Part shown: positions 1 to 11,159 of the stretch, in pieces
How the letters are laid out: every line of letters starts with the position of its first letter
How positions within the stretch are numbered: position 1 is the first letter of the stretch
Source of the DNA: Phoronis australis
Taxonomy: Eukaryota; Animalia; Phoronida
Reading direction: 5' to 3'
Assembly (NCBI GenBank): GCA_002633005.1
Contig: NMRA01000824.1
Location: 65,847-108,805 of the forward strand
Length of the DNA: 42,959 nucleotides
Position numbers and translations under genes: made by a program
The notes under the pieces: model-generated
Database searches by the model: none
What the model was told of the DNA's origin: nothing
The model's input: the letters and a program-made list of their open reading frames with translations, nothing else

Positions 1-1090
1 AAACCATGCGTTCACAGCGCAAACTCGACATTTTTGTTATTGAGAAAACGCATTTTTACAAAAGAGAATCGGTTGTCTAACGTTTCATGTGCGTCAACAA
101 CGCAAACCAGACCCACTCATTGAAAAACCCATGTTTGTCACCAGGAAGACTCTTCGCAACGCAGCCCGATATTTCAAGTGGGATAGCGCAGTTTTGAAAA
201 GATTCCGTCACTTGCGGAGAACGGTTTTTGAGCATCGGCAATGCAAGCCGAATATTTCATATTGAGAAAGCACATCTTTGAAAAGAAGAACCAACACTTG
301 TTGGGAACGGTCTTTGTGCGTCGACGGCGCACATTTCTTATTGGGAAAGCCAGATTTTCAAAAATTAATCGCTCAGACCATTTGAGTCTCATTTACCTGC
401 AATTATACTGCTATCAAATGACCGAGCCAGCATTGTTGATACTGCGACCGCTCATCGAAATAATGTACACCCACGAAATTCGGACACTAGCGGAAACCCA
501 AATTTGGAGGTCCGCCAAATTCGGACACCACAAAATGATATTTCGCGAGATTCGTCCAAGAATGAATTTTTTCTATTGGAATTAATTTTCAGTGTCCGAA
601 AATCACGCGACTTTACCGTAGATGCTGATGGGGAGTTTCCAGCACCTACTGTAAAAGTGCTTGAATTCATTGTTGTAAGTCTCAATCTTGTCAGCTCAAC
701 TAGGCCATCTTTGCAGACAATATTTCACACCTTTTTGTGCTTCATTGGACTTAATGCAACGAGCTTCAGGAAAACAGCTGGGATGTCACAGAAAACGCTT
801 GCATTGAAAAACATTCAACATTAGCATGAGATCAGTACATAAAATTGACAGTGTGAAGGTCCTGCCTTTATTGAAAAAAATTGAGCAAAAGTTTGGGACC
901 TGTTTCGGGAGAATCACCCTGTACTTCATCAATGCATTTGTTTAGTTCCACTGTTGTCTGCAGCATCTTTCCCTTCAGATGAGCGAGGGCCCTGCCATGC
1001 AAGAGCTCCCTCTGTCATTGATCCTAGATCTATGCTTGAACACCACCTGTAGTGAAACTGTATACTGGATGATTCTTCTGTTTTTCAAAG

Positions 1091-1279
1091 GAGGACTAAG
1101 GGTTCTACGTGGGCATCTCCTGCAGTCACCACTCTGTCGCAACACTGTTCCACCACCAGGGTGGCTTGGACATCAGTGATGTGGAAAGCAAGGCGATTAA
1201 ACTGGACATTCCAATAGGGGGCGCATGCAGTAAGATGGTAGAGCAGATGTTGCTCATTGGTGGCTGCAGCCAAGAACCC
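1091..1279 (+). pseudogene. ACLY: ATP-citrate lyase-like exon (N-terminal ATP-grasp region), disrupted
   Basis: Acceptor ttcttctgtttttcaaag and donor CCC|gtaagt. Translation ED*GFYVGISCSHHSVATLFHHQGGLDISDVESKAIKLDIPIG resembles the remembered ACLY segment [36 protein letters not shown]. In-frame TAA at codon 3 and a probable frameshift near the 3' end. Confidence 0.8.
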
Positions 1280-1757
1280 GTAAGTAGGGCGACCAAGATT
1301 TCTCTTAGGATGTTGAAATGGTAGCACTATGTGTACCACATATTCATTTTGATTTCCTGGATTTTCCATAGATAAGTCTATCCGCTGAAATGCCCGTGGT
1401 GTCAAGTTTCCAAATAGTGGCCAGGGCATTTATTGGGAAAATTTCCTCTTAAAAGCCCATTCATCGTCAACTTTTTGTCACAAATTTAGTTTTGAGGAGC
1501 ATTAATCATTTATAAAAACGAGCAAGGTTTTGGCAAGATATGCATGTATTAACATAAAATTTAAAAACACAGTTTTAAGTAAAAAATGTCAAAGTCAGCA
1601 GAACTATGACTTTCCATTTAAAAGCCCCTTTTTCCGAATAAATGCCCGGGCATTTATTTGTTGTTGCTAAAGTGCCTAAAATTTTCATTTTCCCAATACA
1701 CACCCATAGGCTTATCTACGGAAAATCCCGGTGATGCCTATGTTTAGCTAAACACTT

Positions 1758-1907
1758 NNNNNNNNNNNNNNNNNNNNNNNNNNNNNNNNNNNNNNNNNNN
1801 NNNNNNNNNNNNNNNNNNNNNNNNNNNNNNNNNNNNNNNNNNNNNNNNNNNNNNNNNNNNNNNNNNNNNNNNNNNNNNNNNNNNNNNNNNNNNNNNNNNN
1901 NNNNNNN
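1758..1907. other. assembly gap (150 N) followed by a poly-C run
   Basis: Run of N in the sequence; true size unknown. Confidence 0.99.
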
Positions 1908-2480
1908 CCCCCCCCCCCCCCCCAGTAGGTCAATATTAATGCTAGGCATTTTCTTGTAGTCAGTGTTCTCAATCTTGGCTCCCAACGATCTGGGCGCTGT
2001 CCAGAATGAATAAGATTGAAAGTCAAGTCTGCTTGAATGTCAACATTAGTTATTCCTCCTTAGTTAAAAAGCATATTAATATTAACAATTTGCAGTATTC
2101 AGACCCCAGATTGTAAAAGCGGAAGGACTTTAGTTTTCTCAGACACCTGTAGACCATGAACATTGGCAGTACTGAAAAGTAGTCCCACTGTGTTTGTTTT
2201 TCATCTACCCTTGAATTTGGACTCATCCATTAATAATGAGAGATGCAGTACACGCCAAAAATGTTCTGACAAAATGATCCGAAATTCCTTGTCGTGATGG
2301 CTGGGCTGAAGCTGTAATGCGAAAAATAAACTCAAGCTGAGAGGTGAAGCACACTTTTGAATTCTCAGGTACCAAAAGTTGTTGGTTCACACTTGTATTT
2401 TCCTCGCATTTTTGCACTTGCACATGAATCGTGTTTCTCTATACTTTCTACTTCTGCTGTATATCCTCTCGCTGCTTCAG

Positions 2481-2588
2481 GTCTTGTGCTAACGCTGACT
2501 GTGAGACAGCAGTGGCTAAGAACAGTGGTCTGAAACAGGCTGAGGTCGATGTCCGCTCTAGCTTTGATGACCTCTATGAACTCATTAA
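2481..2588 (+). pseudogene. ACLY: ATP-citrate lyase-like exon (just after the phospho-His GHAG motif), diverged
   Basis: Acceptor ctctcgctgcttcag and donor AA|gtacgt, 108 nt. SCANADCETAVAKNSGLKQAEVDVRSSFDDLYELIK matches the remembered ACLY [36 protein letters not shown], with substitutions at normally conserved G and P. Confidence 0.82.
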
Positions 2589-3029
2589 GTACGTAAAGCC
2601 ATCTCTCTTGGTTTAGTTTACAATCATAAGCAAGCAAGTTTTTCTAAAACCATATCATATGCATGTTATCAAGTTAATTTAAAAGTAATTGTTATTCTTT
2701 ATCAGGTTTAAGTGTGTGTCTGATGCTGTTTTTCTCTTAATGAAAGAAAATTTACACAAAGGAGTCTGAATGGATATAATGCTATACACTCACAGTCATG
2801 TGTCAATATATAGTTAGTTAAGTTCTACAGCAAGTTGTATAGACTATGGAACACCAACGTGTCCTTTTGAAGCCGTGTTCATTGCACTCTTTTAAACTGA
2901 AATAAGCACGCGTGCATATCGAAGTTCTCAGTACGGATGTTTATACTCTGGTACCTGCTGTAGATTTCTAGATTCAGCCATGGGTACCAATGAGTCTGCA
3001 TTGTTTCAAAACTATTTCATTTAACAGGC

Positions 3030-3430
3030 TTTGGACAAGTTTTTCAGACTGCAGTCCACTGCTCTGAAGTCTGCCAGTCGAGCGTGCATTGTACAGGAAC
3101 GATTGCAAGGCACGTATTCTCATAATAACACATTGGTTTGTTACGCAATTTGCCAATGTACGATAATTCGAGTGTGTTTTATCAGCTGCCCAATAAAAAA
3201 ATTTCTTAAGTTTCAGCCCCATTTTTGTTTGCCTTACAAATTCTTTAAAAAGTGGGCAGAGTTTCCACAGAGCCCTCATTACATATGGTGGCAGTTGAGT
3301 GAGTGAGTAACCATGATGAGTCACTGAGTCATCTTTCACTCACTACGGCGGCCATTTTAGGTGGTGATACAACACCAAAAATAAAAGTTAAGCCAAAAAG
3401 TACATGTTAAATTCAGCTAAGTTTGAATAT
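3030..3430. repeat. interspersed repeat or duplicated segment, copy 1 (copy 2 at about 33620-34190)
   Basis: Collinear shared blocks such as ttggacaag..cagactg, gcgtgcattgta..acgattgcaaggca, ggccattttaggtggtgat.caacaccaaaaataaaagttaagcc. Confidence 0.85.
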
Positions 3431-3466
3431 ATTTGGAGTTGTTTTGATTGAGCATTGTTTTACTAC

Positions 3467-4354
3467 AGTTAGCGACGTTGCGTCTGTCTCTCACGGTCTT
3501 CAGCTTGCCTTGTGATGTTAATATTCTGGCTAATAGGTGACGTATGGCGTGGCATTGAGGTGAGAACACCATCCCATACATGTGGGCAGATCGAACCTTA
3601 ACCCCCGTTGTTTATTCAAAGAGGGACTCTCGACACGTTCATAGTGGAGAGCTTCATTTACACCTCTTCTGAACCAATCTTCATCACAGTCAAAGAAAGT
3701 GATATCATCAGTATTGAAATCATTTCCAGTGGTGCCGTAGGTGGCTAAAAATAGCCGAATCATAAGTGTTCTCGCAACCACAGCGATGATGTTGTGACAT
3801 ACGTATATTTATGGACTGTTTTGTTTCACCTACATAGCTGTATGAGCAGTGGGGGTTCTTACACTGAACACCACCAGACAACACGTGATTTATTACCCTT
3901 GGGGGGGGTCTTGTCCTTGACATTAACCACTTGGTTGCGGAGAGAATTAAACTGTTTGTGGATGATAGAAATGTCAAACTGTTTACATGTCCTTTCGAGG
4001 TGGTCAGAAAGGTTCCTGAACGCAGGGAATCACCACACGAGCAGGAGGGCTCACAATGGTGGTTGTTTGAGTGTTTACTTTTCTCCTCTCTGATCTTTCC
4101 GCTTTTGTGAACATCCAACATGGATAATTGCATTTGCCAAGAGCCTGTTGGGTGTAATTCAGCTCCTCAGAAATGGTCGAAGGATCCCAAATGATGGTGT
4201 TAGCTCTGTGGTTCAAAGTACGAATTGCACCCAGCTAGTGGATGAGAGGATGGTTTGATTCAAATTGCAGATAGTGATCAGTGAGAGTACTCTTGTGGTA
4301 TACCTTGGCGTCAATTATCTGAAGTCTGTGAGAACAGATGCAACGTCGCTAACT
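3467..4354 (-). mobile_element. Penelope-like retroelement, 5'-truncated and frameshifted (RT thumb + GIY-YIG), with inverted terminal pLTR fragments
   Basis: Minus-strand peptides KVYHKSTLTDHYLQFESNHP, RTLNHRANTI..ALGKCNYP, SYVGETKQSINIRMSQH, WFRRGVNEALH..PSLNK. 3467-3503 and 4319-4354 are inverted copies of agttagcgacgttgc.tctgt. Confidence 0.9.
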
Positions 4355-4360
4355 CAAAGT

Positions 4361-4366
4361 TTTATT
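4361..4366 (-). terminator. candidate polyadenylation signal AATAAA of gene 1
   Basis: tttatt on the + strand about 225 nt downstream of the stop codon; not transcript-verified. Confidence 0.4.
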
Positions 4367-4591
4367 CCAGCATTAGATTCAAAATTTTATCTGTAATCAA
4401 AAAACAAGTTAAACTTCAACTGCCTCCACCTTAATAACATATTCTGCACTAGAAAAGCCTCGTTCCTGTAAAACACCAGCTCACAAACTTTGTTTCCATA
4501 TGCACGAGATCATGAAAAAATGGTTTAATAAGGACAGCCATGTCACTGTTGCAGCAGCTCTGGAAGTTTCTGGTCAGAGTGTTATCTCAAG

Positions 4592-4893
4592 TTAGACTGC
4601 ATAGTTTTTAAGCTGTGGTTCTTCCATGCGGTTGTACCCCTGGGCCAAGTTCTGATGAGGAACAGCCCACTCTGCAGGAGGCGCTACACTCAAGTTCTGA
4701 TGTTGATGAACAGCCCCCACACTAGGAGGTGCTACACTCGAGTTCTGATGTTGATGAACAGCCCCCACAGTAGGAGGTGCTACACCCAAGTTCTGATGAT
4801 CAGCCCATACCACAGGAGGCATTACACCCAAGTTCTGTGGTTGATGAACAACACCTACTGCAGGAGGTTCTACACCGATGACTACCCCTCGTG
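4592..4893 (-). CDS. gene 1 (Ly6/uPAR-domain type I membrane protein), coding exon 5: Pro/Gln-rich cytoplasmic tail
   Basis: Acceptor cccttattttccag; phase 1 fits the TM exon (A+CA=Thr). Reads TRGVVIGVEPPAVG...AQGYNRMEEPQLKNYAV*. Frame, acceptor and stop are conserved in the paralog at 38597-38718. Confidence 0.88.
4637..4868 (-). repeat. coding tandem repeat, five units of 42-48 bp (PPxVGxVHQxQNLxVA)
   Basis: Recurrent aagttctgatg..gaacagcccc..aggaggtgctacac blocks; every unit length is a multiple of 3. Confidence 0.9.
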
Positions 4894-5405
4894 CTGGAAA
4901 ATAAGGGTATATATCGTGATCCCCGTGAGGGCCCATGAAACTGAAACAACGTTTCAAATAAATCAAAGAACAATTATCAAGCTAACTAGATATTCAAATA
5001 AACAAAATTATAACCGATAACACTAAAGAGCTGAACTCTTATACTATGTAAACTAACACAAGCCTGTATAATATCACTCGTGTTTATAGTTCTCTTTCTC
5101 CAGTTTGGTCCGAAGAGGACACTATGAGTCCTGTGACCAGCCTGGTGAGCTTGTCAAGCACCGTGTTGCGATGGTTTTCTGTTGGTTTCAGCAAGAGATA
5201 CCTCTTGCTAGAACAGGTAGTACGTAATTATCGCCCCAACATACAGACCAGACTGATTTATAACTTCCAGTTTTCTTAAAAGTAGCAACAAAGTGATCAA
5301 TTCTTGTTCATTCGCAACACCCAGGTCATTCATATTTCCTGTGCTTTTAAAACCAGAATATGGAGGATAGTTCGAACTCTATTATTTGTAAGAGCAACTA
5401 CTCAA

Positions 5406-5474
5406 CATGGGCGGCGCACCATAGGGGGCTGGGGGCTATAACCCCCCACTTTTTTCAGTGCAACGCCGCTCATG
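5406..5474. mobile_element. 69-bp MITE with 5-bp TSD
   Basis: TIR catgggcggcg / cgccgctcatg, flanked by ctcaa..ctcaa; absent from the paralogous intron at about 39655. Confidence 0.85.
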
Positions 5475-5672
5475 CTCAAGTTTCGAAATTTCCCCCTTGA
5501 ATTTTCAAATGAAGACCATCTTGTTGTTTATGCCTATAAGTACAAGGGAACTCTTAAATACATCCAGTTCCTGCACATGAAGAGCCCCCTGTGAGCACTC
5601 AATGATGTCTGGGAAAGTAGAATCACTGAAAAAGACCCCATGTGCTTATTTTCAAATTTCTGGAAGTCAGTG

Positions 5673-5788
5673 CATGCGCGCACCCAGCCTGGGTTTTTTT
5701 TAAGTCGACTGACAATTTTGTTGATAAAAGGTCCTTATGGCCACGAATTCGCCCCCCCCCCCCGTGTTGAAGGCTGGGTGGGTGTATG
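5673..5788. mobile_element. MITE with 5-bp TSD
   Basis: TIR catgcgcgcacccagcc / ggctgggtgggtgtatg, TSD cagtg/cagtt; absent from the paralog at about 39845. Confidence 0.8.
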
Positions 5789-5814
5789 CAGTTCCCTTTG
5801 ACCTTTGACCTTAC

Positions 5815-5915
5815 TCTTTTTACTTTGGCAGCAACAGTAGATGAAGCAAACCATCAAACCAATGATGGTCAAGAGTACTCCACCTCCAATCACGAAGACA
5901 AGCCACTTGAGCATA
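5815..5915 (-). CDS. gene 1 coding exon 4: transmembrane helix + Cys cluster
   Basis: Acceptor cctatcattccag, donor AAGA|gtaagg, 101 nt; (C)MLKWLVFVIGGGVLLTIIGLMVCFIYCCCQSKK. Same length and phases in the paralog. Confidence 0.9.
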
Positions 5916-7424
5916 CTGGAATGATAGGACAGAAAACAGTATTTAGACAGTGTTGTTATAATGAATGAACGTATGATTTCGACCACCCACTGTTATGAAA
6001 CTGCAAGTCTCACTTTGTTCCCTACTCAGATAGAAGCCATGTTTTTTGGGCTTGAAAAGAACTGAGTTCATCATTGCCCAGACAATACTCCTGTATAATT
6101 CAGTATGGGCCGCCGGATGGGTCAACTTGTTGAGATTAATCTCCAAACACAAAGGTATTTTTGGTCAGCTCAAGTAAAAACTTTTTGTTCATTATGCTTA
6201 GCATCAGTGCCTAGCTACGGTTTACTTGTATATACACTTAATGCTAGTTCACACCAGTTGTTAACTCCAACAATAAAGCCCTAACTTCCAGTCTGAATTT
6301 TGAAATCTCGAGTTTGAGCAAGAGTTTGCAGTGTAAATTCAGGGACCAGGGTCACCAAGAGCACAATCATGGACAGAAGTTGAGAAATACATCTTGATAA
6401 CTACCTTTTAGGCCCTGTAGCTGTTAGAACGATAACAGCTGAATCCATGCATTCGATAATTTGTGTTTTGGACTCGCGAAAGGTGGTTAAATAAAACATC
6501 AAAAATGATTCACTATACTTTATGGCTCATTTCGGGATCCATGTGACAAACACACAAGCTGGTGTACACACTGCATGGACCGCAACGTGTCAGTCATAAT
6601 CCGTTCACAGGGCCCGCACTCTTAACATGAAAGTTTACACAGCTACTCGATGGGGAAGTTACTGTGCCCTTTTTGTAGGTGATACTTAACTGGAATACAT
6701 GAACAAAATCAAAACACTCATGGAAGAGGTAATTATTTAAAGCATATGGCTTTAAGACTTGTAATATTTTAGGATAAGGACATGTTCTTTTCAGTAAATT
6801 TTCATACAGTTAACACAACTAATAAGTCAGAGCTTGTGTTAGAGACTTGTTTCACTATCTAGACACACTTCTGCTGGACCAAATACAACAGTTTTGATTT
6901 TTCAAATAATAGTTTATCGTGGATAGTAGTCTCTAAATTGGCATATTTTATTAACAAAACCAGATTTCCCTAACAGGGATAGTTTTATTCTTCATAGCCT
7001 AGACAACTGTCTCAATTCAACACAGGTCCCGCCATGCCTCGGGGAGGTGATAAGCAACCAGAAACTTGCATGGGTACCCATCATGCATGGTCACTTCTGA
7101 GGTTTGGGCACGGTTTTGACCTTTAGGGGGTGTTTGGTGAGTCAATTAGGCTGCCAAAAGATGTAGTGTCAAAGATAATTTTGTAAAAACAATTACAGTG
7201 GACTGAAAAGTCAGGAGAAACACTTCCCTTCTCTGGGTAAATTCATCTTTAAAATGAAACATAAGTATTTAGAGAGATCCGTCGTTTTAGGGTCCAGAAA
7301 GTTTCACTTACTCGTGTGCCAGTTCAATACATAGTTTTTTAAAATGTTTTGTTGAAACATTAGTCAGCTGCACCCCCTGGAGGATGCCATGGTTGGTACT
7401 CGCAAGAAATTAACAACTATAATG

Positions 7425-7645
7425 CATGGGCGCACCCAGCCCAAAATATAAGGGGCTCGAATTCTTCGGTATGTGGACCTTTTAATGAAACAAATAATTG
7501 AGGACTAAAAAAACGGGACCACTAGGTTCAGGCCTGCTAATCGTGCATCCGCGCCGAATTACTGTCAACTTTTGTCTCGTTTACTCGGACTTTATGTTTC
7601 TCTGAGGCGGACTTTTTTGTCCAGTTCGCCCTGGGTGCGCCCATG
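7425..7645. mobile_element. MITE with 5-bp TSD
   Basis: Perfect 15-bp TIR catgggcgcacccag / ctgggtgcgcccatg and perfect TSD taatg. Confidence 0.9.
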
Positions 7646-7888
7646 TAATGTGATACACAGATACTTCAAAGCAATTATCTTGAAATATTAACTCTTAGTT
7701 TCAATGACGCATACAACAAAAAACAAAACGTAAGTGCCACATATTACGAATGTTCCGTAAAAGGTATTCCGTGAATTACAATTACCTCCTACTTAATCTG
7801 ATGGCTAAAAACAGCTAGCCCTTAGATCCTACTCACCAAAAGTACTTCTTCAGTATATATGCTTTGCATGTAAGCTCTGCCCACTTAC

Positions 7889-8102
7889 CATATCGGTCCA
7901 ATAGCATACTTGTCGTCGCCACAGCCCCCTGACACGCACAGATCATAATCACAGAAGCACAAATCCGCATCTATCTTCACATCGGTCAATTTTGCCACGA
8001 AACCCAAGATACTTTCAATCTTGGTGTTGTCAGTGACACAGCCACTACGCTGTGAACTTGCAATACAACTGCGGGCATGGACTTTGGCACCTACACTTCC
8101 CA
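7889..8102 (-). CDS. gene 1 coding exon 3: C-terminal half of the Ly6/uPAR-like domain and stalk
   Basis: Acceptor atatcttttttcag, donor TG|gtaagt, 214 nt, phase 1 to 2; ..HARSC..SGC..DLCFCDYDLCVSGGCGDDKYAIGPI(C). Confidence 0.88.
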
Positions 8103-8301
8103 CTGAAAAAAGATATAGCAAATTGCACACTGCATCTTATTTCCCAACCAGCGCCTATGAATGTTTTAAATGGTTGTAATTACAATAGGCATATACCGTA
8201 GCAAATGGAATTTCGGGCTTGCTTCGTTGTGGGAATTAGGAAACTGAGATGGGCGACAGTGAGAACTGTTGAGAGAGAGAGAGACGCAGACAGAATTAAC
8301 C

Positions 8302-10455
8302 TTTATTTCTTTTGAATCATATAACGCCTACATTTTTATATGACTGGGTGGCCAGCAAAGGCACCGGACTGCTACTAGCTCACCACCAAAGTAACGATAA
8401 ATTAAATAGATATTAACAATTAAGAAGAACAATATAAATAACAACAGAAATAAATACCTCTATAATGAAATAAGATACAATACAAGTTTTTTTAACATGT
8501 AAATTAATGTCTTTTACTAAGAGTAAAACACAGAAACTATTGATGCAAGGGAGACCGGACGGTTAGAAAAGCATATGACAAAGATGTTAGGCAGGTGATC
8601 ACGGTTACTTCAATTTGAGCAAGCGTAACAATGTAGAACCTTACACTGAGAGCTGTAAGAACTTAATATTTAATTTTTTAAATACATGGAGAACCCTTGT
8701 AAACTATGCGTGTCCATTTTGTCTGTTACATATCTCGGAAGGATACAGTTGTTCGTTAGATTCGTTATTTTGAACATCAATGAACTTTCACAGCTTTTTC
8801 TCTTGTGGCGGGGTAGTTTTAGGATGGGTTGTTGACTGCATATTCTAGGAAGATCTCTTGGTGACTCATGGAATCGGAAAAATTGTTATAAAAGTATATA
8901 GGCAATTGATGATGTTTGAATTTCTCAAAGAATTTTAGACAAGCTTGGTTAAATATGTCGTCAAGAAGAAGTGTTTGGATTTCCCTACATATTGATTCTG
9001 TGTGTGCAAAAAGTGAAGAATTGGCAACATTTGTCAAAGCATTTTTCTGCAGAAGTTTCAATCTCGTGCAATTATTGAATCCCCATAGTGTTATACCAAA
9101 ATATAGATGTAATAGTGTAAGAGCATTGTAAGTCATCAGGAGTGTGTGTTTGGGAAAATAGTTTTTCATTATGGAGAGGACGCCCACAGTTTTGGCAATT
9201 CTGTNACAATATAAATAACAACAGAAATAAATACCTCTATAATGAAATAAGATACAATACAAGTTTTTTTAACATGTAAATTAATGTCTTTTACTAAGAG
9301 TAAAACACAGAAACTATTGATGCAAGGGAGACCGGACGGTTAGAAAAGCATATGACAAAGATGTTAGGCAGGTGATCACGGTTACCTCAATTTGAGCAAG
9401 CGTAACAATGTAGAACCTTACACTGAGAGCTGTAAGAACTTAATATTTAATTTTTTAAATACATGGAGAACCCTTGTAAACTATGCGTGTCCATTTTGTC
9501 TGTTACATATCTCGGAAGGATACAGTTGTTCGTTAGATTCGTTATTTTGAACATCAATGAACTTTCACAGCTTTTTCTCTTGTGGCGGGGCAGTTTTAGG
9601 ATGGGTTGTTGACTGCATATTCTAGGAAGATCTCTTGGTGACTCATGGAATCGGAAAATTTTTTATAAAAGTATATAGGCAATTGATGATGTTTGAATTT
9701 TTCAAAGAATTTTAGACAAGCTTGGTTAAATATGTAGTCCCTACAAACTGATTCTGTGTGTGCAAAAAGTGAAGAATTGGCAACATTTCTCAAAGCATTT
9801 TTCTGCAGAAGTTTCAATCTCGTGCAATTATTGAACCCCCATAGTGTTATAACCAAAATATAGATGTAATAGTGTAAGAGCATTGTAAGTCATCAGGAGT
9901 GTGTGTTTGGGAAAATAGTTTTTCATTATGGAGAGGACGCCCACAGTTTTGGCAATTCTGTTAGAAATTTCCAGAACATGCTGATACTTGTTCCAGGGAA
10001 GATGATTGTGTACGAAAATCCCTAAAAATTTAAAATTTTCAAATCTGTTTATAAGTTCATTGTTGATTTTGATTAGAGAGATGTCACCTTCCCTGATTTT
10101 TTGGGGGAAATCGAAATAGGATAAATTTAGTTTTACTTGTAGGATATTATTAATTCTGATGGATTGATCGTTCAGGCTATGATTTTTGTTCACGTGGAAA
10201 GAAATTAACAGACATGTATCGTCTGCGTACATAATAAACTGTGCCTTGCTGGAGACGGTGATGTCGTTTACATAGATTAAAAATAGGAGAAGTCCTAGAA
10301 TAGATCCCTGTAGAAATGTCAGGTTGGGACGAAGTGACAGTATGAAGACAGACGAACTGCTTTCTATTTTCAAAGTAGCTTTGAAACTAAGAAAATTCGG
10401 TATTAGAAAACCCGTAATGTTTTATTTTTGGAGGATATCGTGATCAATGGCAATA
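8302..10455 (-). mobile_element. non-LTR retrotransposon (CR1/L2-group-like LINE), 5'-truncated, decayed RT and 3' end
   Basis: Minus-strand IDHDIL, QGSILGLLLFLIYVNDI, MYADDT, FKFLGIF, YNALTLLHLYFGITLWG, LQKNALR; frameshifts present; A-rich 3' end near 8302. Confidence 0.9.
8429..9961. repeat. near-identical tandem duplication (8429-9204 vs 9206-9961) joined by a single N
   Basis: Both copies begin acaatataaataacaacagaaa and end ttttggcaattctgt; N at 9205; a few SNPs and one indel of about 20 bp. Confidence 0.95.
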
Positions 10456-11159
10456 TTGTTCGTGGCAATATTCCTTCCAGCCGAATTTTACACACTGCTA
10501 ACTATAAACAAGAGCAACGCGGAGTGTTGAAATGCCCCCACGAATATATCGCAAACGCTGTGTTTCGACTAAATTGTTCATTTGTATCATAAAAATGGCC
10601 ACCCTTTCTTTAACAGAAAGCTATTTACCAAATTTCATAAAAAATCTGTCAAGGAACTAAAAAAATGAAATTGCCACTAGGGGACACAGCGTTTGCCGGA
10701 TCATCTGAAAGTCGTCCGTTGTCAACTTCATATAAATAAAGTTGATAAATTTAATGAAGATCCTGCAGTGGGTTTAGGAGATACAGCTATGGGCGCAAAA
10801 AAACTGCCACTCGGAGGTACCACAACAGTCAACAAATCATCGTCATCTGCCTTCTTCACACTAAGAACAATGTAATATGCCAATTTTCACAATCATCCTT
10901 TGAGTGGTCTGGTTGTATGAGGGGTGGACACCAAAAACACAAACTCGAAAACAGTAAAAATAGCCACTAATTGGCGCAAAATACCTGAATCCGTCCGAAA
11001 GCGAGAGAATAGCGTCATCTCACTAACAGATACCTATATGCCAAATTTTATGGAAATCTGTCGAAAACCTTTGAAGATACGGAGGTAAATGTAAAAAAAT
11101 TTAAAATTGCCACTATCAGAAAGTCGTCGCCGCCCGTTGTCAACTTAATGTAAATACAG

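Noticed and set aside
979-1050. Further ACLY exon (starts DERG after a good acceptor)
   Set aside because: Similarity stops after four residues, the position is out of order and the donor is weak.
4894-4940. Alternative upstream acceptor (gttgtttcag) for the last exon
   Set aside because: It puts the tail out of frame with the TM exon and is not conserved in the paralog.
4655-5020. 121-aa + strand repetitive ORF
   Set aside because: Antisense shadow of the coding tandem repeat in gene 1 exon 5.
5104-5144. + strand exon-like segment (ctctttctccag ... CTG|gtgagc), also present in the paralog
   Set aside because: Indels and a stop in the paralogous copy, no partner exons; similarity is explained by recent duplication.
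8429-9961. Tandem duplication of the LINE 3' end as a biological event
   Set aside because: The copies abut at a single N and are nearly identical, the pattern expected when two haplotype contig ends are scaffolded together; needs long reads.
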